Below are positions 15,677 through 37,489 of a DNA stretch of 64,000 nt, in pieces. The translations under genes were made by a program, and so were the position numbers. The DNA is taken from the NCBI RefSeq assembly GCF_009914755.1, contig NC_060933.1, one strand, 5' to 3'. Positions within the stretch are counted from its first letter, which is position 1, and each line of letters begins with the position of its first letter. The notes beneath the pieces are model-generated. The model saw only the letters and a list, made by a program, of their open reading frames with translations. It ran no database searches and was not told where the DNA came from. This DNA is from the human T2T-CHM13v2.0 reference genome, Homo sapiens.

Positions 15677-15826
15677 CATCCCTTGCTCTGCGGTGGTCTG
15701 GTCAGCTGCCCGCATTCTCTCCAGGGCCACTATCTGGGCTTCTAGCGCCTGGGTGCGCTCCAAGAACTGCTGCTCCAGAGCAAGGGCCTGCTGCTGCACA
15801 TGGCTGCTCTCCTGGTTGGCGGCAGC
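15677..15826 (-). CDS. GOLGA1: GOLGA1 exon 14 (150 nt)
   Basis: cag|GCTGCC...ATG|gtgagt; [50 protein letters not shown]. Confidence 0.96.
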
Positions 15827-16799
15827 CTGCGGGGAGACCAAAGGACGGTCAGTCAGGGTGACAATGGTTTCCAGTGGGGGATCTTAGTCTGGCCCTAGGT
15901 GAGAAGATGAGTATCCAACAGAAACAACTCTCTCCTGACCCCATCCCCCCTGGCGTTGCTGAGGTCCCCCCTGCAGGCTCTGCCTGTTGCTCCTGGACCC
16001 TGGCCTGTCCAGAAGATGGAGTCTTGATGTCATCACTCCATCCTCAAGGTGTGTGGGGACAGCTCTGGGCACCAGCCAGCCCTTAGACACAGGCCTCCTT
16101 CACACTACTCAGTGTTGCCTCAGTGGCTGCGGCTTTCCCTGGGGAGAAATTATACTGGGGAGGCAGTATAATACAGCAATGAAGAACAGGGCTTTGACAG
16201 GAGAAAGATGTGGATTCTGCCATTTACTGGCTGCGAGCCTGTGGGCTACTGAGCCAATCTTTCTGAGCTTGCCTCGTCTACAGGATGAGGATGACAGTGC
16301 ATAATTCTCAGGTCTCCTGCAAGGACTAAACGAAAACACGTGCATAGCACTGAGCACAGTGCCTGGGACATGGCGAATATGAAATACACGCTGGCTGGTT
16401 TGATTTCCCTATCTTCTAACTCCACACCACGCTTGGCCTGTCATCACAGGCCATCCTCCCCAGAGTCTGGACTTGTTCTCCCCGCCCCTGATTGCAAGTT
16501 GAGGCTTGACTCCTAGCGGAGCTGCCACCTCTGACAGCCCCAGGACCAGGCTGGACCAGAAGGTGGGATGTAAGGTGGAAAGGAGCTGCTGGTGCACCTC
16601 CCAGGTAACTCAGGCCGACCATTAGGTCCTGACTCCCTCCACCCCCTGCTGCTGGCCTGCTCACATCCAGCACAAGAACTGTATCTATGGGCAGGTCCAG
16701 GTACCGTTGCCGAAGTTCGGAATGAGTTTGGAGCATCTGCAAAGGCCTGGAGAGAAAGCATTAAGGGCCTGGAATGCAGCAGCTCCAATAAGCACTTAC

Positions 16800-16895
16800 G
16801 AGCTCCTGTATCTGAGTTTCCTGGGCAGCCACAATGCCCTTGCTCTGTTGGAGCTGCTCCTCAGAGGCCTGCAAGGTCTGCTCCAGTTCTCTCAC
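16800..16895 (-). CDS. GOLGA1: GOLGA1 exon 13 (96 nt)
   Basis: cag|GTGAGA...CTC|gtaagt; VRELEQTLQASEEQLQQSKGIVAAQETQIQEL. Confidence 0.96.
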
Positions 16896-17286
16896 CTGAG
16901 AGGGAAGCAGAAGCATTCTTTCTGTTCACAAGAAGCTGAAGAGTGGTAACAAATGGCTTTAAAATGCAAAGCGATTTAAATAAAACAGGTACATTATAGA
17001 AAAATGTAACCTGAGAAAAAAGATACTGCATAAGTCTACCATTATAAAACACTAGCATTCTAACGTATTTTCTTAAACTCTCTTTTAATGACTTTTGTTT
17101 ATAGCTTTATATAAAGTTTTAATAGGACAATGTAAAACTTTGTATCTTTTCCCTACTCTTAAATGTCCTTCTGTCTCCATGTAATCTTTAGACCTCAGAT
17201 TATTATTTCCTCTAGAGTGTTTTGTAATTTACTGACCCATTTGCCTACTGTGCTGCCTACTTAGGCTTTCTGTTTTTCCCATCTAA

Positions 17287-19135
<1,849 letters not shown>

Positions 19136-19389
19136 AAGGAGAGGACGTTTTTAAGGCCTAGGCTCCTCACATACATTCACATCTTAGATTTAACCGAAAC
19201 AATCCCATGAGAAAGGGGCTACTAGTCCACGGAGAAGAACAGGATTGTTACTAGCTCATGACTGCAAATTTTATTGGTGGTAGCGCCAAAACTAAGACGT
19301 TGTTTTACACTCCTGAGATCAGAAAATACCTAAGTCTCAATTTAGAAGCCAAGTTCAAGATAGATTCAGATCTTCAAGAGATTAAAGAA

Positions 19390-20730
<1,341 letters not shown>

Positions 20731-20876
20731 CTGATCAAAAAGGATATTCAGAAACAGAATTGAAATTATAATAAAACAGTCTTTTCAGAAAAATATAGTT
20801 TAAAATGTATTTATCAGGAAATAAGAAAGATTTTAAAAATGAGATAAATATTCAATTCAAGAAATTAAACAAATTG

Positions 20877-24250
<3,374 letters not shown>

Positions 24251-24734
24251 CCTATAGTACTTAGTCTCTTTAGGTTTTATGCATGATCTGAGGTGGCAGG
24301 AAGAAGGAAGCAATCTGGATGTCTACCACATAGATAACTACAAAGTACAATGAAGTGGGTACAGACAGAAGTTGAGGCAGCTAAAAGTAATAGAGAAAAC
24401 ATACCCATAGCTGCATCATTTACAGAAATTAAAAACCCAGTGCTACATATTTTAAGGCAACCCAACAAAAAGAGCATCTATATGAACCACAACGGAATGG
24501 TATCCTATGGGAGGGAGGCCAATGGGGATAAAAGGGTATAAATAAACATATAACTCAATCATAGTAATGTGACAAGGATGAAGAAAATGACTAACTCATC
24601 CCTGTATAGGTAAGATCCAAAAATAATCCCTTCTAGTGAAAAAACTCTGACCAAGAAGATTCTCAGTCACACCATGTTGCCATTCAGCCAGGTTACCACC
24701 CAAACTTAGGAAACACCAGGAGTAAGGTCAGTAC

Positions 24735-24830
24735 CCGAGTCTCCAGGGTGTTAATGGCCTTAGCCTGGCTGCTTCTGGCTGCCAAGAGCTGTTGTCTGGT
24801 ATCCTCCAAATTCTGCTCAGCAAGTGTTTT
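24735..24830 (-). CDS. GOLGA1: GOLGA1 exon 12 (96 nt)
   Basis: cag|AAAACA...CGG|gtactg; [32 protein letters not shown]. Confidence 0.96.
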
Positions 24831-26039
24831 CTGTAAGTTGAAAGAAGAGTAAAAGAAGACTATCATTCCTCAGTTGAATAAATATTTACAGATTATCTAC
24901 AACATATTGTGACTTGTGCTAGGCACAAGAGACATGAATACATTTTTAATAATTCAGCTAATTGAGAAATAATTCACATATCATAAAGTACACACAGATA
25001 AATTTGAAATAGTCCCTTGACCTTGAGGCTGGAACAAAAGACTAATAAAAAATTACACAATAGAGTACAGTAAGTGTCCACAAAGAGGAAGAAGCACAGG
25101 ATGGGAGATACTCCCTGCCACAGGGCAGGTAGGCAGCTTTAGAACTCACAAAGTCGTTAGGGTTCAGGGAGCCTCCCAGGCAGGGGGATGACCAACGGCT
25201 ATGTGAACAGCCTGCTACGTTGAGGGAACTACTACTCCTCAGAAGCCAAAATGATGATGGGTTTAGGTCAAAAAACAAGACTAGAAAGATAGGCAAAAGG
25301 GCCAGCTCATGAGAAGCTTTTGAATGTTGCAAAAAGGAGTTAGAACTTGATTCTGTAAGCAACATTTTTCAAAGTAGAAATTCTAGGCCGGGTGTGGTGG
25401 CTCACACCTGTAATCCCAGAACTTTGGGAGGCTGAGGCAGGCAGATCACTTTAGGTCAGGAGTTCGAGACCAGCCTGGCTAACGTGGTGAAATCCCATCT
25501 CTACTAAAAATATTTTAAAAATTAGCTGGATGTGGTGGTGGGTACCTGTAATCCCAGCTACTTGGGAGGTTGAGGCAGGAGAATTACTTGAACCCAGGAA
25601 GCGGAGTTGCAGTGAGCAGAGATTGTACCACTGAACTCCAGCCTGGGTGACAGAGTGAGACTCTGTCTTAAAAAAAAAAATGGGGCTGGGAGCGGTGGTT
25701 CACGCCTGTAATCCCAGCACTTTGGGAAGCCGACGTGGACAGATCACGAGGTCAGAAGTTCGAGACCAGCCTGACCAACATGGTGAAGCCCTGTCTCTAC
25801 TAAAAATACAAAAAAATTAGCTGGATGTGGTGGTGTGCACCTGTAGTCCCAGCTACTCGGGATGCTGAGGCAGGAAAATCACTTGAACCCCGGGAAGCAG
25901 AGGTTGCAGTGAGCCGAGATCACGCCACTGCACTCTAGCCTGGGCAACAGAGTGAGACTCCGTCTCAAAAAAAAAAAAAAAAAAAGAAATGTAGACTTAG
26001 CTGAGATAGCTGTTACTGAGATAGTTGTTAATCTCAGCT

Positions 26040-26775
26040 AGTTGCACAGATTTGAGGCCTTGCTCCAAGCCTAAGGAAATCAGAATTTCTGAGGGTAGGG
26101 CCAGAGATATATACTTTATTTACTTATTTATTATTTTTGAGATGGAATTTCACTCTTGTCGCTCAGGCTGGAAAGTAGTGGTGCGATCTTGGCTCACTGC
26201 AACCTCCGCCTCCTGGGTTCAAGTGATTCTCTTGCTTCAGCCTCCTGAGTAGCTAGAATTACAGGCACCCGCCACCATGCCCAGCTAATTTATTTATTTA
26301 TTTATTTTTTTGAGACAGAGTCTCGCTCTGTCACCAGGCAGGAGTGCAGTGGCATGATCTCAGCTCACTGCAACCTCCCAGGTTCAAGCAATTCTCCTCC
26401 CTCAGCCTCCGGAGTAGCTTGGGACTACAGGCATGTGCCACCACGCCCAGCTAATTTTTGTATTTTTAGTAGAGACGGGCTTTCACCATGTTGGCCAGGA
26501 TGGTCTCGATCTCCTGATCTTGTGATCCGCCCGCCTCGGCCTCCCAAAGTGCTGGGATTATAGGTGTGAGCCACCGCGCCTGGCCTAATTTTTGTATTTT
26601 TAATAGAGGCGGGGTTTTGCCATGTTGGCCAGGCTGGTCTTGAACTCCTGACCTCAGGTGATCTGCCCGCCTCGGCTACCCAAAGTGCTGGGATTACAGG
26701 CGTGAGCCACCACGCCTGGCCTAGAGATATATACTTTAAACAAACTTCCCAAGTAATTTCTATGCACATTAAACA
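26040..26775. mobile_element. MER5-like remnant split by a nested Alu-in-Alu
   Basis: 15-bp TSD agagatatatacttt at 26103-26117 and 26723-26737; MER5-type flanks (AATCAGAATTTCTGAGGGTAGGGCC / TTTAAACAAACTTCCCAAGTAATTTCTATGCAC). Confidence 0.7.
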
Positions 26776-26985
26776 TTATAATAATGATGATGGCACAATA
26801 ATAATATTGATCATGTTTACAGCTGACATACATTGAGACCCTACTCTGTTCCGGTTATCATTCTAAGCACTTCACATATTGTAACTTATTTAACCCTAAC
26901 AACAATTCTGAGTTTAATAGTATAATAAAACCAATTTTATTGGGGAGGAAGCAAACACAAAGAGATTAAATTACTTGCTCTAAGT

Positions 26986-27325
26986 CAGGGGTCCCCAACC
27001 CTTGGGCCACAGACCTTGCAGTCTGTTAGGAACCAGGCCGCACAGCAGGAGGTGAGTGGTGAGTAAGCACTACCACCTAAGATCTGCCTCCAGTCACATC
27101 AGTGGTGGTGTTAGATTTTCATAGGAGCATGAACCCTATTGTGAACTGTGCAAGTGAGGGATCCAGGTTGCACACTCCTTATGAGAATCTAGGGACGATG
27201 ATGATCTGAGGTGGAACAGTTTTATTCTGAAACCACCCCCTCACCCGACCCAACCTGACCCCATCTGTGGAAAAACTGTCTTCCACGAAACCAGTCCCTG
27301 GTGCCAAAAGGGTTGGGAACTGCTG
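26986..27325 (+). mobile_element. MER1B (hAT-Charlie) DNA transposon inside a MIR
   Basis: TIRs CAGGGGTCCCCAACC / GGTTGGGAACTGCTG; 8-bp TSD ctctaagt/ctccaagt; internal TTAGATTTTCATAGGAGC...GTGCCAAAAGGG. Confidence 0.88.
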
Positions 27326-28257
27326 CTCCAAGTCAAAGCTGGTAAGCAGAAGAGGCAAAATGCAAGCATGGACATTCTGATTCTAGAAATCAATTTATTC
27401 CCTAGAACCCACATTACACTTCCTGTAGACTGTTGAAGGGAATTGTAGAAGATGTTTAAGAGAGTGATATGGTCACCAGTGCTGATTAGGAGGATCAGTT
27501 TGGCAGTGAGCGTGGGAGACTGTGTCAGAGAGTGAAGGAAGAGAGACTGATGCTGGGTAGGCCAATCTGGAGACTTCTAACATAGACTAGGCTAGATTTG
27601 CTGGAAACCCTGAAGTACAACCAGTGGCACTGGAGATGGAGGTATTTAGTTGAAACTGACTGAAGAAAGAAAGGGAGGGTCTAATCTAGGAGCCTCATGA
27701 CCTGGGCTTTGTCACCTTTGTCACAGTGTGGCCAATCACTGGAACAGAAAGAGAGGGAAGAGCAGAATGTGTGCAGACAATGAGCTCAGCCTGATGAGAA
27801 AGTTCCCTTGCACCACTGGGGAAGAGGCCAGTCTGCACAACAGCCTCCCTTGGGAAGGAGAGAATGCTGCCCAAGGTAATTCTTGCTTTTGCCAAGGGGC
27901 AGATGTAGCTATTTACCTTGGCCACTGCAGAGTACAAAATGGTGGGGAAGAGGGCAGTGCAGAAAGACAAGGCAGCCCAAGTGGCGGAAATCACTAGGTG
28001 TGGTTTATTGGTGATGAGATGCTATCCGTTTGTATGTATCTCTGAATACAGCTCTCCCTTTCCCTGAGAAAAGCATGTCACCCACAGGGGACATAAGGCT
28101 CTTTCTGATGTAAGCAGGACAAGCCAAAGTTGGAGACACTTCTTTTGTTACCATGCTGTTTGCTGGCCCTACAGCTCTGAAACTCTAGGAATTGTGAAGT
28201 CACCAGAATCAACCCTGCCTTTCCAACACCAGCCAGCCCAAAGAGAACAGAAGTTAC

Positions 28258-28383
28258 CTCTTTCAGGAGTTCTTGCACGTGTTCTTCTCCTGATAAGTTC
28301 TGTTCTAGTCTCTTCTCCAAGGATGCAACCTTCTCTTGCAAATGTGTGATAACGTCTTCTTTCTCTTGAGTTTCAGCAGTGAC
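28258..28383 (-). CDS. GOLGA1: GOLGA1 exon 11 (126 nt)
   Basis: cag|GTCACT...GAG|gtaact; [42 protein letters not shown]. Confidence 0.96.
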
Positions 28384-28762
28384 CTGCAGGTGAAAGCAGA
28401 GATCACTCTATACTAGAAGCCCTCTCTTCCTTCCTTCCTGCTTTCTTTTGGGCCATCACATTTTCCTGCAACTCTGTCCTCAACTGTATCCTAGAAGAAC
28501 AAACAGCTAAGAGATCTTCCTGAAAATGGGATACAGAAAATGCAAGATTAGAACCTGGCAAAACTCAGGGATCCAGCTCAGACCTAGTGCAGCAAGAAGC
28601 AAACACTCTTCCCAATTAAACAACTGACAGTCTGGAACAAAGGCATTACCTACGTGGTAGAGGCAGCAGAACTAATCCCACCAAGAAGCACTCAGCCTGC
28701 AATGACCTATGGAACAATGCTCCTGAAAGCTGAGGGGCTGGATAAAGCAGTAACAGTGCTGA

Positions 28763-29143
<381 letters not shown>

Positions 29144-29290
29144 TAGCCTCGGCCTCCCAAAGTGCTAGGATTACAGGCGTAAGCCACTGTGCCTGGCCAG
29201 TCTATCTCTTTAGCTATGATGGTAGTGGTGGTAGCAACAGGTTGGGACTAACTTGGTTCCTTTTACTGCTACTAATCTTCAACTGCTGCT

Positions 29291-29645
29291 TGTATTAGTC
29301 CATTCTCACACTGCTATAAAGAATACCTGAGACTGAGTAATTTATAAAGGAAAGAGATTTAATTGACTCACAGTTCCACATGGCTGGGAGGCCTCAGGAA
29401 ACTTACAAGCATGGCAGAAGGAGAAGGGGAAGCAAGGTACATCTTACACGGTGGCAGGATAGAGCAAGCGAGCGAGGGGGGAAGTGCCATACTGTAAAAC
29501 CATCAGCTCTCATGAGAACTCACTCACTATCACAAGAACAGCAAAGGAGAAATCTGCCTCCATGATCCGATCACCTCCCACCAGGTCCCTCCCTTGACAT
29601 GTGGGCATTACAATTTGAGATGAGACACGGAGCCTAACCATATCA
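29291..29645 (-). mobile_element. THE1D-like MaLR solo LTR
   Basis: TGTATTAGTCC...GGCCTCAGGAAACTTACA...CCATATCA; TG...CA ends; perfect 5-bp TSD ctgct. Confidence 0.88.
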
Positions 29646-30751
29646 CTGCTCAATGTCAAAGCAGAGGATCCAGGAAGCTTTGAATACATGAGTTCTTACA
29701 TCCCCACTGAGGATGCCCATTCTTCCCCAGAAAAGGTTGTAGGGCAACAAAATCTCACTGTGAAGACTTGTACCTCTTTACATGTACTCTGTTCCCTCAA
29801 ATTCCCTTATCTTACACTTCCGTTGCTCCATTTCAAGCCATAAACTTTCATGTTCAGTTGTAACTTGGCCGATCTCTCCTCAGGATAAGATGCAGCAACC
29901 AGGGTGTATGGTTTTGGGAAGAAGTATTTGCCATTCTGAATTCTCACAGGTGGACAACAGAGATAGTGGAGGGGAAGTCTGAAGACTAGATTTATGACCC
30001 CACAATTCAATAAACTTTCATCAAGCCTGAACTCTATCTGTTGTTTTCTGAGGATACAATCAACATTAATTCCAGCATGGAGGCTGGTGGTGGAGACAGA
30101 CACACAACTAATTACAAAACAACTGTGCTTCAACAGAGGGACACACACCGTGCTATGAGATATGAGATGCAAGAGGGATTAACTGGGAGAATCAGATCAG
30201 GCCTCCTGAATGGGCAAGTCCAGGTGAAAGAGGGTGGAAGAGGAACAATCATTCTGCATAAAGGGCAGCACATACAAAGAGGTAACAGACAAGTCCTGCA
30301 AGGCTAGAGGCTGGGTGAGGAGGAAAGAACAGCTGAACACAACTCTCAGGTCTGTGGCTCAGACACCTGGGCAAATGGTAACATTATGCAAGGTGGATAA
30401 CACAGGAAAGTGAGTGAGTGTGATAGGAAAAAAAAAGCCAGTTTTGGCCATGTTGACCCATCTTTATGGGTCTCTTATTACTAATGTTAATACTAGCAAT
30501 AGTTATAACTGTAATATAGCAGAAGCAGCTATAACAAGATTGCTGCAGCAATCTTGAAAAAGAATAACTGTAGGCTGGGCGTGGTGGCTCACGCCTGTAA
30601 TCCCAGCACTTTGGGAAGCTGAGGTGGGCAGATCACGAGGTCAGGAGATCGAGACCATCCTGGCTAACACGGTGAAACCCCATCTCTACTAAAAATACAA
30701 AAACAAAATTAGCCGGACGTGGTGGCAGGCGCCTGTAGTCCCAGCTACTCA

Positions 30752-30913
<162 letters not shown>

Positions 30914-32241
30914 TTACCTGATTTCAACTCTAAAGTGACAATGACCAAGACAGTGTGGTAATAGCGTAAAGACAGACATATAGGGTCAAGGGAACGCTGC
31001 AAGCACTTCCTATTATGTCTAGTCCTTACAAATGCTCTTTATCACATCCATTTACAAGGAAACTGAAGCTTAGGGACTAGCCCAAAGGCATATACCTATT
31101 AGCGATAGATGAAGAATTTAAATCCAGGTCTTCTGGATCCAAAGTCTGCATTTGTTCCCCTACACATCAATCTGAATTCAAGAGGTATAGATGACCCATT
31201 CCAGTTAAAACCAAAACAACACATCTTACACAGGTCACTGTGTTAGGCAAAGTTAGGGACAGAAAAAGAATCAGTGGCCAAGTTCCACTTATGCCTCTTG
31301 TGCAACATACTGATATGCGATCTCCTTCTCCAGGCTGGCTGATTTACTTCAGGCCCTCTACACCTCATGTGGACTACGGGAACAGTTACCAAGCCATACT
31401 CCCTGACATCAAACCTGCCCCTTTCCTAATGATCACCCTCTTCACCTACTCCCTCCCGAGTCTGGGTCTCACAGTTACAGTCCCAGAATATGGACTGCAT
31501 CAATTCTGGGTGGTGGTCACTTGATTCAGACAGACATGAGTCTGAATCCTGGCTCTGTCATTGACTCCAGCTGTACGGTCTTGACAAATCATTTAGCCTT
31601 TGATGTCAGATGCCCATTACTATCACCTGTAAAATAGGAAAACACTGTCTAACCAAAGGGTAGTTGTGAGGACTCGATGAGTCCCTATCTGTAAAGCTCT
31701 TGAATACTGAGCTCAGGGTAAATGCTCAGCTATTCTTGTTAAATATTCACTAATGATTATTTATGAAATTTCATGTTCACTATTTAGTCTATACAACTGG
31801 CCCTGCATACCTTCCCAGCCTCATCTAGCACCGTTTCCACTTCCTTTCTAAGCGTTAACCACTTGTCTATCCTTTTGGTTCTCCCAACATGCCTTTTTTT
31901 CCTTCATTATAAATGTATTTATGGTGCTGAGACCAGTGGCTTATGTTTGTAATCCCAGCACTGTGAGAGGCCGAGGCAGGAGGCTTGCTTAAAGCCAGGA
32001 GATCAAAACCAGCCCAGGTAACACAGGGAGATCTTTTCTCTACAAAAGTAAAAAAATTGAAAACAAAAAAGGTTGAGGTTGCAGTGAGCCAACATCGCGC
32101 CACTGCACTCCAGCCTGGGCATCAAGAGCAAAACTCTGTCTCAAAAATAAATAAATAGATAGATAAAATAAAATAAATGGCAGGGCGTGGTGGCTCACGT
32201 GTGTAATCCTAGCACTTTGGGAGTCCGAGGCAGGCAGATCA

Positions 32242-32457
<216 letters not shown>

Positions 32458-32458
32458 C

Positions 32459-32489
<31 letters not shown>

Positions 32490-33064
32490 ATACATAAATA
32501 TACTTATTTAAGTAAAAAAAAAAAAGTAAGGTGAATTCCATGAAAATATTGTGTTAAGTACAATACAGGTTAGGAAGAACATAAATTGGGAAGTTGAAAG
32601 ATAATGGCTACAGTTGAGGAACTGCTATCCAGTAGAGTAAAAAATGTGTAATTCTGAACACTGTGGGTTAAATAAAAACAAAATGAAAAGAATTAAAGTA
32701 AAATTTTGTTTCCAAACTGACAGACATCTGGTAAGAATAAACTAGAAAAAAATAGAAAATGCATAAATACTACTATGAATGAAGATAGGGGAGCAACTAA
32801 AAAAAGAATATAAGAAATACAATGCCAAAACATTAAACTTATAGCAAATGAACAATTATGTAGAAAAATATAAATTAACAAAACTTAGGAAGAAATACAT
32901 AAACTTAGAATTACCATTAAGGAAATCTATTCAGTAATTAAAAATCTTCACAAGCCAGGCAAAGTGGCTCATGCCTGTAATCCCAGGACTTTGGGAGGCT
33001 GAGGCAGGAGGATTGCTTGTGTCCTGGAATTCAAAACTAGCCTGGGCAACATAGTGAGACCTTA

Positions 33065-33316
<252 letters not shown>

Positions 33317-34114
33317 CTACTATATTACTATATAATTGAGAAAAAATAAATTATAGCTCCAGGTATCATATGAATGTTTTTCAGGAGTGCAATGTTGAGC
33401 ACAAAAAGTAAGTTTAGAAAAATACCTACAGAATGATTTATATAACATTAACAAGCATGGGAAACTAAAGAAGATAGTTTAGGGATAAAACTGACAACAT
33501 TAGAAAGCAAAGTAGACAATGAAGCAATCTCCAAATAGTACTTACTTCCAAAGGAAAAAGGAATGGGATGGAATAGTGAAGGGCACAGAGGGAACCTCAA
33601 AGATAAACACATTGTTCTTTTTCTTAACCTGAGGGATAGCTCAGAGGGCTCATTGCCTTATTATACTTTCTATCATACTCATATTTTATAAATATGTTTT
33701 TATATATACTCAATAAAGACAAGAAAAAAACAAATTCCAAATTTACAATCTTCACACAATACCAGCCCTTCTTTTGCCCAAGCCAGAAGCCCATAAATCA
33801 CCCATAAAAATACAGACTTTTCTCTTCCTGTCCTCCCATATCTATTACATTAGTAAGTCTGTCAATCTCTTCAATAGTTCTTACATTTGTCTACCCATTA
33901 TTATCTTCACCACCACACTTGTCAAAGCCTCCATCATCTTACGGTCGAACAACTGCAAAAGCTTCCTAAGTGGAAGACCCTCTCAGTCTCCTAACGGCCA
34001 GAGTAATCTGTTATTCTCTCTTATTCTGTATGTCACTGGCTTTCTTCTAGTTCCTTGAATGTGCTAATCCTTTTATTTGCCTCAGAGTTTTTGTTCATGC
34101 TGTTCCCTGCTTGA

Positions 34115-34513
<399 letters not shown>

Positions 34514-35326
34514 TGATCTGATATCTTTTAATAGGATCTCACTAAATCTCGTAGTTTTCTTTCAGAACACTCATCACGGTTAGTAATTATATATGTGATT
34601 ACTGATTAATGTCTGACTTCCCTTCTAGACTATAAGCACCACAAAGGCAAGAACTGTATCTATTTTGCTCACCATAATATTATGAACACCCAGCACAGAG
34701 CCCAGCACATAGTAAAGCTCAACTAATATTTTTAGAATGAATGAAGAAACTTACTGTGACCAAAGTCTGGACTTCCCTGAGCCCCATTTTTCCAATTATA
34801 AAAACAACAGATGGTTCTAATTGACATCAAAGGGTCCCTTGACTATCAAAGTTGTGGCCAGGTGCCTGTAATCCCAGCACTTTGAGGGCCGAGGTGGGCA
34901 GATCACTTGATGCCAGGAGTTCAAGACCAGCCTGGCCAACATGGTGAAATCCTGTCTCTACTAAAAATACAAAAATTAGCCCGGTTGGTGCCTGTAGTCC
35001 CTGCTATTCAGGAGGCTGAGGTGGGAGGATTGCTTGAGCCTAGGAGGTGGAGGTTGCAGTGAGCCAAGATCACGCCATTGCACTCCAGCCTAGGTGACAA
35101 AGTGAGACCCTGTCTCAGAAAAAAACAAAATAATACAAAAACCAAAGTTGTGTATCTATTTTCCCCCTTCTTCCATGACCCCAAATGTACTCTCTGACCT
35201 TCTGCCTTTTCTGCCTCCTGCTGTCCTCCTGATCCTTGACATTCCAGTTCCTCTAGGAAGATTTCCTTGACTCCTGGGCTGGAATGTACTTCCCCTATGG
35301 TATATCTTTTGTATTTGAAAAATCTA

Positions 35327-35530
<204 letters not shown>

Positions 35531-36060
35531 TCACTTCAGCCTGGGAGGCTGAGGCTGCAGTGAGCCGTTGACGTCACTGCACTCCAGCCTGGGTGAAAGA
35601 GCAAGACCGTGTCTCAAAAAAAAGAAAAAAAAGAAAAGAAAAAAGAAAAACCTAGTTCACTTACTTGAGACTTCTTGTTTGAGCATTTCTTTTCTTGTGA
35701 TTACAGTAGGTTTGAGTTCTATAATGAAACTGTAAGCCTCTGAAGGAAAACAATGTCTGTATTGAGATTTTTAGTTCATTGAGGGTAAAAAGCCTGTATC
35801 ACAGTCATTCATTCACGTATATATTTACTGGGTGCTCCTTATTGTGAGGCAGCAAAGTGCAGTAGAATAAGCATGAGTTCTGGAGTAAGACTTGGGTTAG
35901 AATCCAACTCTGTCACTTACGGTTATAACTGTGAACAAGGTCAATAACCTCTTAGTTTCCACTTAGGTATCTGTAAGTATGATAATACTTAGCTAAGACC
36001 TCTATTGACAAAATCTTACTGTACTGTAATTATGTTGTAAGGCTCTGTCTCACTTGAGAT

Positions 36061-36283
36061 CAGCAATTCTGAAAGATGAGGGTAGGGTGGATGGCACTGC
36101 CGAATAGGGGGTGGTTCTGTGATGTGAGGGGAAGGGCTGGATGTCAATGACTGAAGGATGCTATTGGCATTCAGAACCCAGAGGCCAGGAATGCTAAATG
36201 TCGCGCAATGCAATGGACAATCATACAATACGAGTTGTTCTGCTCAAAATGCCAATAATAAATTATGTCATTGGGAAATACTA
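36061..36283 (+). mobile_element. MER20B-like DNA transposon remnant
   Basis: GATGCTATTGGCATT..GAGGCCAGGAATGCTAAATGTC..CAAAATGCCAATA resembles the MER20B 3' half. Confidence 0.5.
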
Positions 36284-37489
36284 CTTTATTTTATTTATAT
36301 TTATTTATTTATTTATTTATTTTATTATTTTTTTAAGACAGAGTCTCTCTCTGTCACCCAGGCAGGCTGCAGCGCAGTGGCACAATCTCAGCTCACTTGC
36401 AACCTCCACCTCCCAGGTTTAACCGAATCTCCTGCCTCAGCCTCCCAAGTACTGGAATTACAGGTGCACGCCACCACACCCAGCCTTATTTTTATTTTTA
36501 AAGATAGTCTTGCTCTATTGCCTGGGCTACAGTGCTGTGATATGGTCATGGCCCACTGCAGCCTTGAATTCCTGGGCTTAAGCGATTCTCCCACCATAGC
36601 CTCCCAAACAGCTGGAACTACAGGTGCACACCACCACAACTGGCTAATTTTTTTTTTTTTTTTTGGTAGAGATGGGGTCAAGAGGAGGACCTCATGTGAT
36701 CCTCCTGCCTTGGCCTACCAAAGTGCTAGGACTACAGGCTTGAGTCACTGTGCTGGGCCTGAGAAACACTACTTTATATTCAAAAATATTATCATTCATC
36801 TTTATATTCTCAGAGTGTAGCACAGCCCTAATGTAGAAACAAATGTATGTCAATGAAATGAAAAAACAAATTGTAATGACATCATTTGATTACGTGCCAT
36901 AAAACAAACTGGATTAGAGCCAAGTATGTCAAAGGTACAGCCCTGGTCATGTCAGCCACTATTGTATTTTTCATGCTCAAGGTCCATTATGTGCTTAAAG
37001 ACATATTTGAGTCAGGCCAGGCACGGTGGCTCACGCCTGTAATCTCAGCACTTTGGGAGGCCGAGGTTGGTGGATCACGAGGTCAGGAGTTTGAGACCAG
37101 CCTGGCCAACATGGTAAAACCCTGTCTCTACTAAAAATACAAAAATTAGCCGGGTGTGGTGGCGGGCGCCTATAATACCTGGGCGACAAGAGCAAGACTC
37201 TGTCCCAAAAAAAAAGAAAAAAAAAAAAAAAAGAGAGACATATTTGAGTCGACCAAATGGTGTACTTTGAGAATTCCTGACAGGAAAATACTGACTACTT
37301 CTGCTAAGCAACCCTTGTTCAGCTGTATGGCCATTTCCATCTGAGTGCAGCCTGGCTAGTACAGGAAATGGAGCCATGTGGACTGCATGAGAAATGTATG
37401 TTCAGTAGCTACTCTCAGGCAGAAATTTCTGAAAGAATTAGTTTTTATGAATCTTAGAAATCCAGGTCTTCTCCTCATATTCTACTTAC

